A stretch of DNA of 64,000 nt from a virus (lineage: Duplodnaviria > Caudoviricetes). Position numbers and translations under genes: made by a program. Within the stretch, counting starts at the first letter, position 1. Each line of letters begins with the position of its first letter. The notes beneath the pieces are model-generated. The model ran no database searches. It saw only the letters and a program-made list of their open reading frames with translations, and was not told the origin of the DNA. Shown here piece by piece: positions 19,838 through 29,808 of this stretch. The stretch is from the IMG/VR virus record IMGVR_UViG_3300046167_000798. One strand, given 5' to 3'.

Positions 19838-19982
19838 ACTAATGTTCTTTTATATAAGTATAGTATATTAAAACTTTTTGACAGTCTATCCTAACTATTT
19901 TAAAACATAGTTTTTTTATTTAGATTGGTGAATAATGGATTTCCACTAATCTCTTCGTACTTTTTTTTCACCAATAGATAAT

Positions 19983-21036
19983 TCAGCCACTTCTTATTAT
20001 CTCTTTGAAAAATTTATGAACTTTAATTGCATATGATTCTCCAAATTCTTTTATTATATGTGATATTGTTAGAGCAGTTACAAACGGTATTGATTTATTA
20101 GCTCCACCAATGTGATTGTAATTAGAGAAACTGAAATCAAATCTTTTAGATAAATCTTTTTCTGATTTAAATTCAGTATCATAAGTATGTTCTTGTTTAC
20201 ACATTGTACAATATTGATTATTTTCAATTACTAAAGGATAATTTTCGGTATCATGTGGAAGAGTAACAGGTGGTCTTGTAAATAAAAATGGAGAATCCTC
20301 TACTTTAATTTGTTCATTGGTATATAATTCAATTATTTCTTTATATTTTTTATTATTTTGTTTTAAAAATAAATTTACAGTAAATTGTTCTAAGAAAATA
20401 GAGGAACTATAATCTTTATCAAATTCTTTCTTTAATAATTTATAATATACTAATGCATCATCTATTGATTTTTTAAATATATCCACATCATCTCTTACAC
20501 AAATCATATTAAAGTTGGGTATCTCAGAAATTTTGATTTCTTCGTGTGGAAAATCTTCCGATTCATTGAATGTATCCTTATTTCTAATATAGAAAGAAAC
20601 ATAATTATTTAACAATGAATGTAGTGGATTTGAATTTAGAATATCTTCAGGTTCTAGTATCTCCAATGTATCAGTTAAGTGATTCATATCAGGATGTGAG
20701 AAAAATATATGGAGATTTTCTATCTATATTTGGTTTGTTAAATATAAGTGTATCTAAATCAAAGTGTATAAATGGTTCATCTAAAGTTTTCATTGCAATA
20801 AGTTTAGGCATTGCAAACATTTCGGCTGATTCATTTTTTAGTACATCTATGTTATAATCATATTCAAATCCTATTTTTTCAAACCAATATTGTTGAACTT
20901 TGTTTGTATATAATGTTACATTACCATAGTGTTTTTTCAATAACAAGGAACTTAACATAATAATGTAGGCTTCTTCCTTAGATAAATTAAATTTACCTGG
21001 AGCCTTATGTGGTATCCAACTTTGTATTACTTTCAT
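19983..21036 (-). CDS. DUF6734-like / GT-A-like protein, split by a 1-nt frameshift at ~20703
   Basis: LYT, FAMPKLIAM..LDEPFIHFDLD; removing one T joins …PYIFSHPDMNHL…. Confidence 0.55.
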
Positions 21037-21248
21037 TATTTTTTATCTTTTAAACCATATTTAGAAAATTTGTACCAAGCTCTTTCGTGAAAATAATAAA
21101 GAACCATTTTTGTTAATAGTTCTACACCACCAATAGCAACTCCAAATTTCCAATTACCTGTAATAATCCATGAAAGAAGCATAGTATCTAATGTACCTAT
21201 AATTCTCCAACTTATTGTTTTTAATATGTGTCTCTTTCTACTTACCAT
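21036..21248 (-). CDS. DUF2061 membrane protein
   Basis: KTISWRIIGT.DT, KMVLYYFHERAW. Confidence 0.85.
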   Translation of the reverse strand: MVSRKRHILKTISWRIIGTLDTMLLSWIITGNWKFGVAIGGVELLTKMVLYYFHERAWYKFSKYGLKDKK

Positions 21249-21604
21249 TATAATTTACCCTCTTTTCTCATTTGTTCTCGTATCTTGGTAGCTGATATCT
21301 CTTCGATTTCTTTTGGTGGTATATGTTCAATAACTTCATAACCAACACCCCTACCATAGTTAATTGATTCTATATCAGGTATTATTGTTGTAATAACTCT
21401 ACCATCTTGTATCAATTCTTTTAACTCACCCTCATGAACCATCTTTTCTATTTCTTTTGCAGTCCAAGGTTGATTTTCGTTTGGTTCAACATCTCTAATT
21501 GCTAAACATACATTCTTTCCTTCTTGTAATCTTTGATTGATTAACCAAAGATGACCTTGATGTAGAGGTTGCCATCTACCTATAAACATTGAATATTGTT
21601 TCAT
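21248..21604 (-). CDS. small HxGH nucleotidyltransferase (cytidylyltransferase-like)
   Basis: FIGRWQPLHQGH and ISATKIR motifs. Confidence 0.8.
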   Translation of the reverse strand: MKQYSMFIGRWQPLHQGHLWLINQRLQEGKNVCLAIRDVEPNENQPWTAKEIEKMVHEGELKELIQDGRVITTIIPDIESINYGRGVGYEVIEHIPPKEIEEISATKIREQMRKEGKL

Positions 21605-22089
21605 TATATTAAACTTTTTGTTTCTTTACTTATATTATTACTTGTTGCCCAAATTGCAATTGAGTATCTAATTCCTTCTGTTACTTTTTTTACTTCATGA
21701 ATTGTTGATGAATCAAACACAAAAGCATCTCCTTGATTACCACTTGCCCTCTTTCTATTAATATATAAATCACCACCTGAGAAAGTGTTATTTTTTGATA
21801 AATTTATAATAATTGTTTTTAATCTCAATCTACTTGGGTCATTGACACCACCTCTATCAGCATGAGGTAGAAAGAAAAAACCCTTTTCATATTTGTTAAT
21901 GTTAAAAACAGGTTTATTAATAATACCAATAGTGTTTAATTTTTTTTCTAAAAATTTAAAATTACTATAATCTTTAATATGAAGAAATTCTAACTTTGAA
22001 ACACCATATGATTTTATAGAATCATATTTTTTTGTAAAATCTATAATATATTTACACTCGGATTCTGTTAAAAAATTTTCTAATTTCAT
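21604..22089 (-). CDS. 2OG-Fe(II) oxygenase (prolyl-4-hydroxylase-like)
   Basis: PHAD, FSGGDL, HEVKKVTEGIRYS. Confidence 0.85.
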   Translation of the reverse strand: MKLENFLTESECKYIIDFTKKYDSIKSYGVSKLEFLHIKDYSNFKFLEKKLNTIGIINKPVFNINKYEKGFFFLPHADRGGVNDPSRLRLKTIIINLSKNNTFSGGDLYINRKRASGNQGDAFVFDSSTIHEVKKVTEGIRYSIAIWATSNNISKETKSLI

Positions 22090-23132
22090 TATATTAAACT
22101 TGTTGTTTTTTCATATAAGTGATTAAAATTATTTGTAAAGTATGGTAAATCTTTCATTGTTTCCAATACTTCTAAAAATTCTTTATGGTATTTATGGTTT
22201 GAATTTGTAACATTTTTTTCATTATATTCTTCTTCACTATAAGTTCCCCAATTTGTTATTGCATTATAAAATACATCAAAGTAAGATTTACTTCCTTTCA
22301 TATAATTAGTTATCATATCATAAAATAATTTCATTTCTCTGAAATTACTATCTTGTACTACAAATGAAAAACTAAATCTATTAATTGTTGATATCTTACT
22401 AATAAATTTTAAATTATCTAAAAGAACATCCCACTTACCACCAATTCTTGTTTTTGTTTCATATGTTTCTTTAGTTCCAGCATCTATTGATATTTCACAA
22501 GTTTTTACATAAGGATGTATTGCACTTAATCTATTCCACATTTTTTCATTCCATAAACTTCCATTAGTATGTAAATGAATTGATTTTAACTTTTTAAATT
22601 TAGTAGAATCTAATTTTTCTAAAAACTCTCTAAACGATTTAGAATAAAATGGGTCTGCTGTACCTGTAAGATATAATATTTTTACAGTTGATGATATCTC
22701 ATCTGTAATTTCTTTAAGTTTTACTTCTACTTGGTCTCTATCTTTACCATAGTAGTTTATCAATTCACTTCTACAAGATGGACATTGGAAATTACAACTT
22801 CTATCAAAACAGAAATTTACTGTTTTTATTTTTTTATGTGTTCCAAATGATTGTAGAGATTTAGTATCTTTTTTAACAAACTTTGAAGATAATTTATTAT
22901 TTTTTAAACCAGATAGATATGGACATTGTTTTTCATCACAATATTTATACGAACCATCTAATATAGATTCTCTAACTTCTTTTGATTTATCACTATTGAA
23001 ACTAGATTGTATTGTATCACCATCCCATACATCTACTGGTAACCAAGATGGACAACACAAATACTGTTTATCGTCATATACCTCTGTATATTGAAAAGGC
23101 ATAGAACAGATGTATTCTTTTTTATGAATCAT
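22089..23132 (-). CDS. radical SAM protein with N-terminal SPASM/twitch-like Cys cluster
   Basis: CNFQCPSC (CxxxCxxC); N-terminal CSMPF…LCC…CDEKQCP; TNGS, ISIDA. Confidence 0.85.
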   Translation of the reverse strand: MIHKKEYICSMPFQYTEVYDDKQYLCCPSWLPVDVWDGDTIQSSFNSDKSKEVRESILDGSYKYCDEKQCPYLSGLKNNKLSSKFVKKDTKSLQSFGTHKKIKTVNFCFDRSCNFQCPSCRSELINYYGKDRDQVEVKLKEITDEISSTVKILYLTGTADPFYSKSFREFLEKLDSTKFKKLKSIHLHTNGSLWNEKMWNRLSAIHPYVKTCEISIDAGTKETYETKTRIGGKWDVLLDNLKFISKISTINRFSFSFVVQDSNFREMKLFYDMITNYMKGSKSYFDVFYNAITNWGTYSEEEYNEKNVTNSNHKYHKEFLEVLETMKDLPYFTNNFNHLYEKTTSLI

Positions 23133-23604
23133 TACAACTTATTTAATTTCGTAAGTTGATTTATTATTTTAGAAAATGATTTTTCAGGTGAATCTTTTGT
23201 AGTATCTACATCAATGAAGTTGGTTTCAGGTGCTTCATAGTTTTTTGAATGAAAGTGGTCTCTTTCACGAGGTTCTGAACAATGTACATAAAATTCTTGG
23301 AAGTTTTCTAAACCTATTCTTTTTTTGAACTCTTCTCGTAACCATCTTGGAGGTGCTACGAGAGAAACAACTACATCACACCCATTCTTATGATGAATTC
23401 TGTAATCATCTGAGCATTACGAATATTTCTTTCTCTACCTTCTGGTGTGTAATCTTTATTAACAGTTAGTTCTCTTAAATCATCACCATCGAGATGAAAA
23501 ACATCCTTTCTCCAATTACGTTTTTCTGATTTTAGAAACTCATGTAATTTAGAACCCAATACAGTCTTTCCAGCTCCTGGTTGACCTGTAAACCAATATA
23601 CCAT
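23132..23604 (-). CDS. cysC: adenylyl-sulfate (APS) kinase, split by a 1-nt frameshift at ~23393
   Basis: WFTGQPGAGKT, LDGDDLR, GRERNI; other frame continues HKNGCDVVVSLVAP…YEAP…VDTT to stop at 23132. Confidence 0.85.
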
Positions 23605-23620
23605 AACTTTTATTTAAAAT

Positions 23621-23953
23621 TTAACTTTTGTTAGAATAAGCTTGTGTACCAAAGAATGCCGCAACTATTGCTGCAACTGAAACGAAATATGTTGCTGCCA
23701 TATCACCAAGTATTGTAGATGCTTGTTCAACACCTGTTACTGAAGCGATTACAACCGCAAATGGATACAACAACATCCCAAACAACGCAAACCACGCCAT
23801 TTTTCTTTGTGCATCTCTCATTGCATCTTGGTCATCAAGTTCTTTTCTTTTGAACTCAAGATACATATCGTGTTCTTCTTTAGATACTCTACCATCACCA
23901 TTTGTATCCGCAGGATGAGTGGTGTTAGTTCTAATTATTTCTTTTTCTTCCAT
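23621..23953 (-). CDS. holin-like membrane protein with N-terminal EF-hand-like loop
   Basis: DTNGDGRVSKEE; 2-3 TM segments; downstream of putative endolysin. Confidence 0.5.
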   Translation of the reverse strand: MEEKEIIRTNTTHPADTNGDGRVSKEEHDMYLEFKRKELDDQDAMRDAQRKMAWFALFGMLLYPFAVVIASVTGVEQASTILGDMAATYFVSVAAIVAAFFGTQAYSNKS

Positions 23954-24009
23954 TATTACTCCTCGTTAAAATTTGAGTTGTAACCTTTATTGACTATATA
24001 TATTAAAAT

Positions 24010-24621
24010 TTATGAAATATCTTTAGATTCAATTAAAGTATAAGTGAATGAGTTACCCCATACATCTTTTGCTTTTCTACATACATCCATAAATTCGTTG
24101 AAATCTGATTCCTTAGAGAATACTTGACAACCAGCAGACCATTTATCAATCTGAGTTGAACCATTTACAAACTTACCTGCCTTATGAATGTTGATTCCAA
24201 ATATACCTTCATGTACATTTTCCTCAATCATATCATATTGACCATCTTTGTTATTATCTCTATAAACTTTAACAGGTGATTTTTGTCTTAGTGCCTCATA
24301 TTTACCTTGGTGTAATCCAAGTTTATGAGAACCTCTGTATTGACCTGGTTTAAGAATTGCAACACCATCTTTGTTCAATAAGTTTTTTTCCCAATGTGAA
24401 CCAGGGTCTGTTGTTGCTTTATACTCATTATAAATCCAATTACCATTTAAATCTTTGTAAGATAATGTAAGTGTATCATCAAATTTATTTGTTACTTCAC
24501 CATGTGTATCTGAATTTCTGATACCGATAATATTCACATCATATCCCTTCTCACTCGTAAAGTACTTATATCCTTTAGATTTTAATACTTCTTCAATTTG
24601 TTCTCGTGTGTACTTTGCCAT
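24010..24621 (-). CDS. putative endolysin, YkuD/L,D-transpeptidase-like fold
   Basis: GINIH-x16-WSAGCQVF His/Cys motif, TTDPG; flanked by small membrane genes. Confidence 0.55.
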   Translation of the reverse strand: MAKYTREQIEEVLKSKGYKYFTSEKGYDVNIIGIRNSDTHGEVTNKFDDTLTLSYKDLNGNWIYNEYKATTDPGSHWEKNLLNKDGVAILKPGQYRGSHKLGLHQGKYEALRQKSPVKVYRDNNKDGQYDMIEENVHEGIFGINIHKAGKFVNGSTQIDKWSAGCQVFSKESDFNEFMDVCRKAKDVWGNSFTYTLIESKDIS

Positions 24622-24632
24622 AATTTAACTTT

Positions 24633-24881
24633 CTATTTTTTCTTTCCTTCTAAGTACCCTTTTTCGTACTGAAGTTCTTTTTCTATATCAACTATTCTAT
24701 CTTCTAGTTCGTTGATGACTTTAATTTTCTTATCCAATCTTTCATGAACAGTAGTTAATTCTGACTGAAGAGATGTGAACTGAGTAAATATACTACCAGC
24801 AGTAAATATAGCAAATAGTAAACCAACTATTATTGACCAATTATCCGCAATAAGTTTATTTATGTTCATTTCTTGTTTCAT
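24633..24881 (-). CDS. single-TM coiled-coil protein (holin/antiholin-like)
   Basis: N-terminal TM followed by heptad coil; in lysis-like cassette. Confidence 0.5.
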   Translation of the reverse strand: MKQEMNINKLIADNWSIIVGLLFAIFTAGSIFTQFTSLQSELTTVHERLDKKIKVINELEDRIVDIEKELQYEKGYLEGKKK

Positions 24882-26944
24882 TTTTTCTTCAACCTACTCT
24901 TTTCTTTTCTACCTCTATTCTTAGATGCAGATTCGAAACCTACTATCTTCCCACCTTTATGTGAAGCATCTTTACCATCACCATTACCATAAGTACCTTT
25001 TTGTCTGTTGTACTTATTTAGTTCTGCTCTGTATTTCTTTGATTTCTTTGATGATTGAAATTTCTTGTACTCATCTTTATAATCTCTCTTTGCAGTTTCA
25101 TCAATATCTCTATTGATTGCATCTTTTGATGATGGAGTTCCTTTTAATCTTGCTTCTTCATCTTCTAGGAATGATAAATCTAATCTTTGACCATACTCAA
25201 CAATACTTAATTCTTTAAGTGGTCTCATACCACCAGCTTTTCTAACCTTGTTGAGTTTTCTTATAATATCTTTTTGTTTTGGTGAACCAGGTATTGCTCT
25301 TAGAGCTTTGTTAAGTAATGATAAGTGTTCTATTTTATCGAATCCTTCGTTGGTACTTTTCCAATCTTTGTAGTTCTTATCAGATTTTTTTTTTCCACTC
25401 TCAGATACTTTTAATTTATCTGATTTAACATGAGTTTGTTTATTGCTAAGATGATTGGTTTCTTGGTCCTCATCATCGTTTTCGATATCAGGTTGACCAT
25501 GATTTTTTTTCTTAAAGTTAGTTCCACCACTATAATCTCTATTCTTTCCTCTTAGTGCAGTATGATAATCTGATGTTCTACCACTCATCCAATTTGAAAT
25601 ACCACTATTTTCACTTACGCCCTCATAAATAGATTTAAGATACTTAATGAAATCTTTATCATTACTCATCTTTTTAAATTCTTTATCCTTAAATACGTTC
25701 TTTACGAAATCTCTTACATCTTTGGAGTCTTGTCTGATTTGGTCTATTGTAGAGAACATACCTTCATATACTTTTTTATTGTTTTGAAGGTTTTTAAATA
25801 ATATATTTTGTTTATCATCAATTGTTTTATACTTCTTTGGATTTTCATTAAAATCCTCAAGAGCATAATTTAACATCTTTATCCATGCAGTATCACTATG
25901 TTTTTTACGAAAATCAGATAACATATTAAAAAACTTATTCTTATTTTTGTTAGCTTTTTTGTAAATATACCAAACATTTACTCCAACTTCGTTTATTGAT
26001 TCAAATAGTTCATCTCTTGTAAGTTTTCTACCGAATGCTTTTTCAAATGCTTTAATCATTTTTACTTCAGTACTAGCATTTCTTCCAAGTAGTTTTAAAA
26101 CTCTTTTTAATTCATCTGCAGAAAAATTATAGTTTACTTTTGCTTCGTTTACTGATTCATCAATTGCTTTTGGATATTTAGTTTTCTTTGCTAGTTGTAA
26201 AAGTTTTTTAACATCAGCTGGATTGTTTCTGTTAAACTTATCAGCGTTCTTTTTATCTTTGAATATTGCAGATATCATTTTGTTTCCATCACGAATCATA
26301 ATGATGATACCTTTTTTACCAAAGTATCTTTCTGTTTCTACTTTTGCTTCGTTTACTGATTCTTTGAATGGGGATTGTTTGATAAGTTTACCTTTGATTG
26401 CCAACTTATGAACTTCTTTTTTCTGTTTAGTAGAAAGTTTATGGTAATCAGGTCCAAATTCTTTGTGTGAGATTACATCTAACATATCCATTACAGTTGT
26501 ACGATTAGTTAGTTTTTTACTGCCTTGTGGGTGTGAACTTTCTGGTGAATCTTCGTTTACTGATTCACTAAATAATCGTTTACCTGTTCTATCTTCTATA
26601 TGAACAGTTGCACCTTTGTGTTTGTGATAATTTTTTACTACGTTAAATGCTGCAGGAACTTCTGCTGGTGTTTTGATATTTAATACTTGGTTTATTACCT
26701 TACCATCTTTAACAACAACTAAAGATACAGGATAACTTCCTTTCTTAGCTGCCTTATGAATTGTTCCTCTTGAAGCTTCATCCATTGGCATATCTTTATT
26801 ATAATCTACGTTATCGTATCCATCAAAATCTCTTAATCCACCTTTTTTCTTAGAAGTGTAGTCATCACCACCTAAGTGGTCTCTTCCCATTTTACCGGCA
26901 TACTCTTTAAGTTTATTTAGGATTTCTTTTTTGATTCGTGACAT
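24878..26944 (-). CDS. modular polyprotein-like protein with ES(V/I)NE junctions and C-terminal degenerate HNH-like domain
   Basis: Four ES(V/I)NE motifs; C-terminal RDYKDEY…GDGKDASHKGG…SKNRGR; ATATTTATA box at 26964-26972. Confidence 0.65.
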   Translation of the reverse strand: MSRIKKEILNKLKEYAGKMGRDHLGGDDYTSKKKGGLRDFDGYDNVDYNKDMPMDEASRGTIHKAAKKGSYPVSLVVVKDGKVINQVLNIKTPAEVPAAFNVVKNYHKHKGATVHIEDRTGKRLFSESVNEDSPESSHPQGSKKLTNRTTVMDMLDVISHKEFGPDYHKLSTKQKKEVHKLAIKGKLIKQSPFKESVNEAKVETERYFGKKGIIIMIRDGNKMISAIFKDKKNADKFNRNNPADVKKLLQLAKKTKYPKAIDESVNEAKVNYNFSADELKRVLKLLGRNASTEVKMIKAFEKAFGRKLTRDELFESINEVGVNVWYIYKKANKNKNKFFNMLSDFRKKHSDTAWIKMLNYALEDFNENPKKYKTIDDKQNILFKNLQNNKKVYEGMFSTIDQIRQDSKDVRDFVKNVFKDKEFKKMSNDKDFIKYLKSIYEGVSENSGISNWMSGRTSDYHTALRGKNRDYSGGTNFKKKNHGQPDIENDDEDQETNHLSNKQTHVKSDKLKVSESGKKKSDKNYKDWKSTNEGFDKIEHLSLLNKALRAIPGSPKQKDIIRKLNKVRKAGGMRPLKELSIVEYGQRLDLSFLEDEEARLKGTPSSKDAINRDIDETAKRDYKDEYKKFQSSKKSKKYRAELNKYNRQKGTYGNGDGKDASHKGGKIVGFESASKNRGRKEKSRLKKK
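25988..26566. repeat. dispersed direct repeats TTCGTTTA(C/T)TGATTC
   Basis: Copies at 25988-26002, 26135-26158, 26339-26362, 26552-26566; the middle two share 24 identical nt. Confidence 0.85.
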
Positions 26945-26985
26945 ATGGTATTTCCTTTATTTATATAAATATAAAGAAATTAATA

Positions 26986-27993
26986 TTAGTTATTAATTTT
27001 ACCACTTGAACCTCTACTAATAACTGCTCCACCACTACTTCTGCCACTTGATGAACCTCTATTGATTACAGGTGGATTAGAACTTCTTGAAGGTGGTGTA
27101 TAACTTCTTGAAGGACGATTATTGTTTACTGGTGGTCTATTATAATTTCTTATATTGTTGTTATTATTTCTATTAACATTATTATTACCATTTTCAACTC
27201 TATTATAGTTTCTGATTCTATTATTATTGTTAGGAACATTGTTTGGGTTTTCATATGTTCTAATTCTAATACCAGATGAGTTTTCAATCTTTCTAACAAA
27301 TCTATCAATTAGATTTGGTCTATCTTTTATTACTAAATCTTCATTATCTAGTGTAAGAGGAACGTTTGTTCTACCTCTGTTGATTCGTATGTTAGGATTA
27401 GAGATGATATTATTTGTTCCACCTCTACTACTACCATTTGGAGTTACAACGATGTTAGAACCTCTCCTACCATTTACATAAGCAACATTTCTTCTATTTC
27501 TGTTTTCCCATGCATAATCGTTCATCTGATTTCTCCAACCATTATTATAGAATGGATGTCCATATCCCCATCTCCAACTATCGTATCTATTCCAATGATT
27601 GAATCCATAAAATCCAAATCTATTCCAATGATTAAATCCATAATTGAAAGAATAGTTAGATGACCAATTCCACCAATATTGATGTGAATTCCAATAGAAA
27701 TCAAATGGTGATGCAAATGGACTTCTATACATTCTATTATTCCAATAGAAATCATAGTGCCATCTTAAATCTTGGTTCATTGCGTATTGAGCAAAATCCC
27801 ATCTGAATTTATCATCAAATCTAAATTTTCTATCTAGTTGGAATTCGTTATCGATAACATCTATTTTTAATGTATCGCCTGTTGATTCTACAATACCATA
27901 GATTGGGTCATTGTTATTAAGTGTAGATAATTGGTATGTTGTACCACAAGATGTAAGTAACAACACCCACAATATGTATATTAGGTGTCTCAT
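26986..27993 (-). CDS. lipoprotein with aromatic/Asn-rich core and N/R/S/G low-complexity tail
   Basis: Lipobox LLTS-C; W/Y/F/N-rich segment; NNNN/RSS tail; ATATTTATA at 27997-28005. Confidence 0.7.
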   Translation of the reverse strand: MRHLIYILWVLLLTSCGTTYQLSTLNNNDPIYGIVESTGDTLKIDVIDNEFQLDRKFRFDDKFRWDFAQYAMNQDLRWHYDFYWNNRMYRSPFASPFDFYWNSHQYWWNWSSNYSFNYGFNHWNRFGFYGFNHWNRYDSWRWGYGHPFYNNGWRNQMNDYAWENRNRRNVAYVNGRRGSNIVVTPNGSSRGGTNNIISNPNIRINRGRTNVPLTLDNEDLVIKDRPNLIDRFVRKIENSSGIRIRTYENPNNVPNNNNRIRNYNRVENGNNNVNRNNNNNIRNYNRPPVNNNRPSRSYTPPSRSSNPPVINRGSSSGRSSGGAVISRGSSGKINN

Positions 27994-28011
27994 ATGTATA
28001 AATATGGAATT

Positions 28012-28557
28012 TTAATGTTTTATATGTTGAACTCTCCAACGAACATCTTTACCTCTTAACATTTTCTTCGTTGCATCTACGTTCTTTTTGGAATCATCAG
28101 CAAAATATATATCATCGTATCCTTCATTATCAATCTTATCTTCAATCCAATCTGCTTTATCTTTTGGATTGTTAGATGCTAATGCGGTTACATATATTTT
28201 ACTCATATTAATACCGATATCTTTTAGATATTGTCTTATCGGTTTGAATGCTGCTCTGGCAGTTAGGATGTGAACTCCATCACCACCACTACTACTAACG
28301 ATTCTTCTTAGAACCTTAGTTATTTTTTTAATTTCGTTTGGGTCTTGTACTTTGGAAAAATCTGAGAAATCAAATTCATCACCAGGTTTTTCATTATAAA
28401 CTGCATATTCACCAGGTGTTAATTTTTTCTTTTTACCATTATTGGTAATATAGATAAACGAAGTGGTTTTAACCAAAGTATCATCAAAGTCAAAAACTCT
28501 GAGTTTTTTTGATTCTGTGAATAAACTTCTACTTATCATATCTTTTAATTTTATCAT
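28012..28557 (-). CDS. HAD-superfamily phosphatase
   Basis: VFDFDDTL, LTAR, K, FADDS; ATATTTATA at 28581-28589. Confidence 0.8.
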   Translation of the reverse strand: MIKLKDMISRSLFTESKKLRVFDFDDTLVKTTSFIYITNNGKKKKLTPGEYAVYNEKPGDEFDFSDFSKVQDPNEIKKITKVLRRIVSSSGGDGVHILTARAAFKPIRQYLKDIGINMSKIYVTALASNNPKDKADWIEDKIDNEGYDDIYFADDSKKNVDATKKMLRGKDVRWRVQHIKH

Positions 28558-28588
28558 TAGTTAACATTTCCTTATTAGTATATAAATA

Positions 28589-28825
28589 TTAAAAAGGTAA
28601 AGGTTTATCTTTTATTTTAGGGATTGGTTTACTATGGTCATCTAATTTTCTGTAACTCATAGTTCCAAATGGTTGTTCACCCAATTCTGTAACTGATGGT
28701 CTAGCATTTGGATACTTTTCATTAATCTTATCTAACATCTTATGTACATTTTTACGAGCCGTATAATCATCCTCACCATAAACATACATATCTACTGTTA
28801 CTACATATCTTTTTTCTTCTTTCAT
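28589..28825 (-). CDS. hypothetical protein
   Basis: 78-aa ORF. Confidence 0.55.
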   Translation of the reverse strand: MKEEKRYVVTVDMYVYGEDDYTARKNVHKMLDKINEKYPNARPSVTELGEQPFGTMSYRKLDDHSKPIPKIKDKPLPF

Positions 28826-28832
28826 AATTTAA

Positions 28833-29051
28833 TTAATTTGAAACAATTATTTCACCAGTATTCCAACTTGGTATATACCATCTGAAATTATGTTCTTTTA
28901 ACATATCGATTATTTTAACTTGCATCTTCATTGAATTACCTGTAATTACTCTACATTCAAATAATTCATTGTGTGATTCCATCAATACAAAATCTTCAGC
29001 TCTATCAACTGCCACATCGTGTGTTAATCCATGTAAATCTAATTCGTTCAT
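28833..29051 (-). CDS. stand-alone Smr/MutS2-like domain protein
   Basis: ELDLHGL and VITGNS motifs. Confidence 0.65.
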   Translation of the reverse strand: MNELDLHGLTHDVAVDRAEDFVLMESHNELFECRVITGNSMKMQVKIIDMLKEHNFRWYIPSWNTGEIIVSN

Positions 29052-29239
29052 ATGCTTAAATGTGTTAATTTTTCGTGTAATCTTTTCATATGTTTACAAG
29101 GTGAATAAGAACGAAATTGTCTTGCTGGACATTCACAATCATCAATCTTGTAATCGGTTACCCTTACTTGGTAGTAAGATAACTTACCTGTCTTTTTATT
29201 TCGAGAACCCATTTCTCTATAATACCAACTATTTGTCAT
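29048..29239 (-). CDS. SWIM zinc-finger protein
   Basis: CECP-x8-CKH. Confidence 0.75.
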   Translation of the reverse strand: MTNSWYYREMGSRNKKTGKLSYYQVRVTDYKIDDCECPARQFRSYSPCKHMKRLHEKLTHLSI

Positions 29240-29251
29240 AATCTATTATTT

Positions 29252-29506
29252 TTAATATATTCTTGAATCTGTAATATTATAATTGTATAAAGTTCCACAA
29301 TCATCATCTTCATCAACAATGTTTTCAGTAACCTTACAATAATGTGGTAGTATTTCTTGTAATCCTTCGAAATCTACTTTTTGCCAATACCCAAATCTAA
29401 GTGTTATTCCCTTACCTTGAGTAAAATAAGAATCATATCCAATTTCAAAATTAGATGAACCATACCACTTTTTAATTTCTTTAAATTTTTTGTATCCTAT
29501 TCTCAT
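29252..29506 (-). CDS. hypothetical protein
   Basis: 84-aa ORF in early-promoter operon. Confidence 0.6.
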   Translation of the reverse strand: MRIGYKKFKEIKKWYGSSNFEIGYDSYFTQGKGITLRFGYWQKVDFEGLQEILPHYCKVTENIVDEDDDCGTLYNYNITDSRIY

Positions 29507-29790
29507 GCTGCAAATTCTTTTTGAATTAAACCTTCTAATATTTCACTATCTAACACTATTGGTTTTTTAAACTCAACATCATGTTCAATGTACTCATACT
29601 TATTATGTTCATCGGATTGATTAGATATCATCTCCTTAAGATGATTCTTTAACTCATCAGAATACAATATAGTATCTGAATCAATTACAATTTGAAATTC
29701 CTGTCCACCTTTTGGTTTCCAATAAGGTGTTTTAGTATCTGAATAATTTTCGAAATACTGAGCCATTACTTTTACTGTACAATTCATCAT
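29503..29790 (-). CDS. hypothetical protein
   Basis: 95-aa ORF (AQYFENY…YWKPKGG). Confidence 0.6.
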   Translation of the reverse strand: MMNCTVKVMAQYFENYSDTKTPYWKPKGGQEFQIVIDSDTILYSDELKNHLKEMISNQSDEHNKYEYIEHDVEFKKPIVLDSEILEGLIQKEFAA

Positions 29791-29808
29791 AATTTATAGT
29801 TTTAAGTT

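Noticed and set aside
19924-19975. 9-bp inverted repeat ATTGGTGAA…TTCACCAAT in the 19838-19982 gap
   Set aside because: Long AT-rich loop; could be a weak terminator or chance; no further support.
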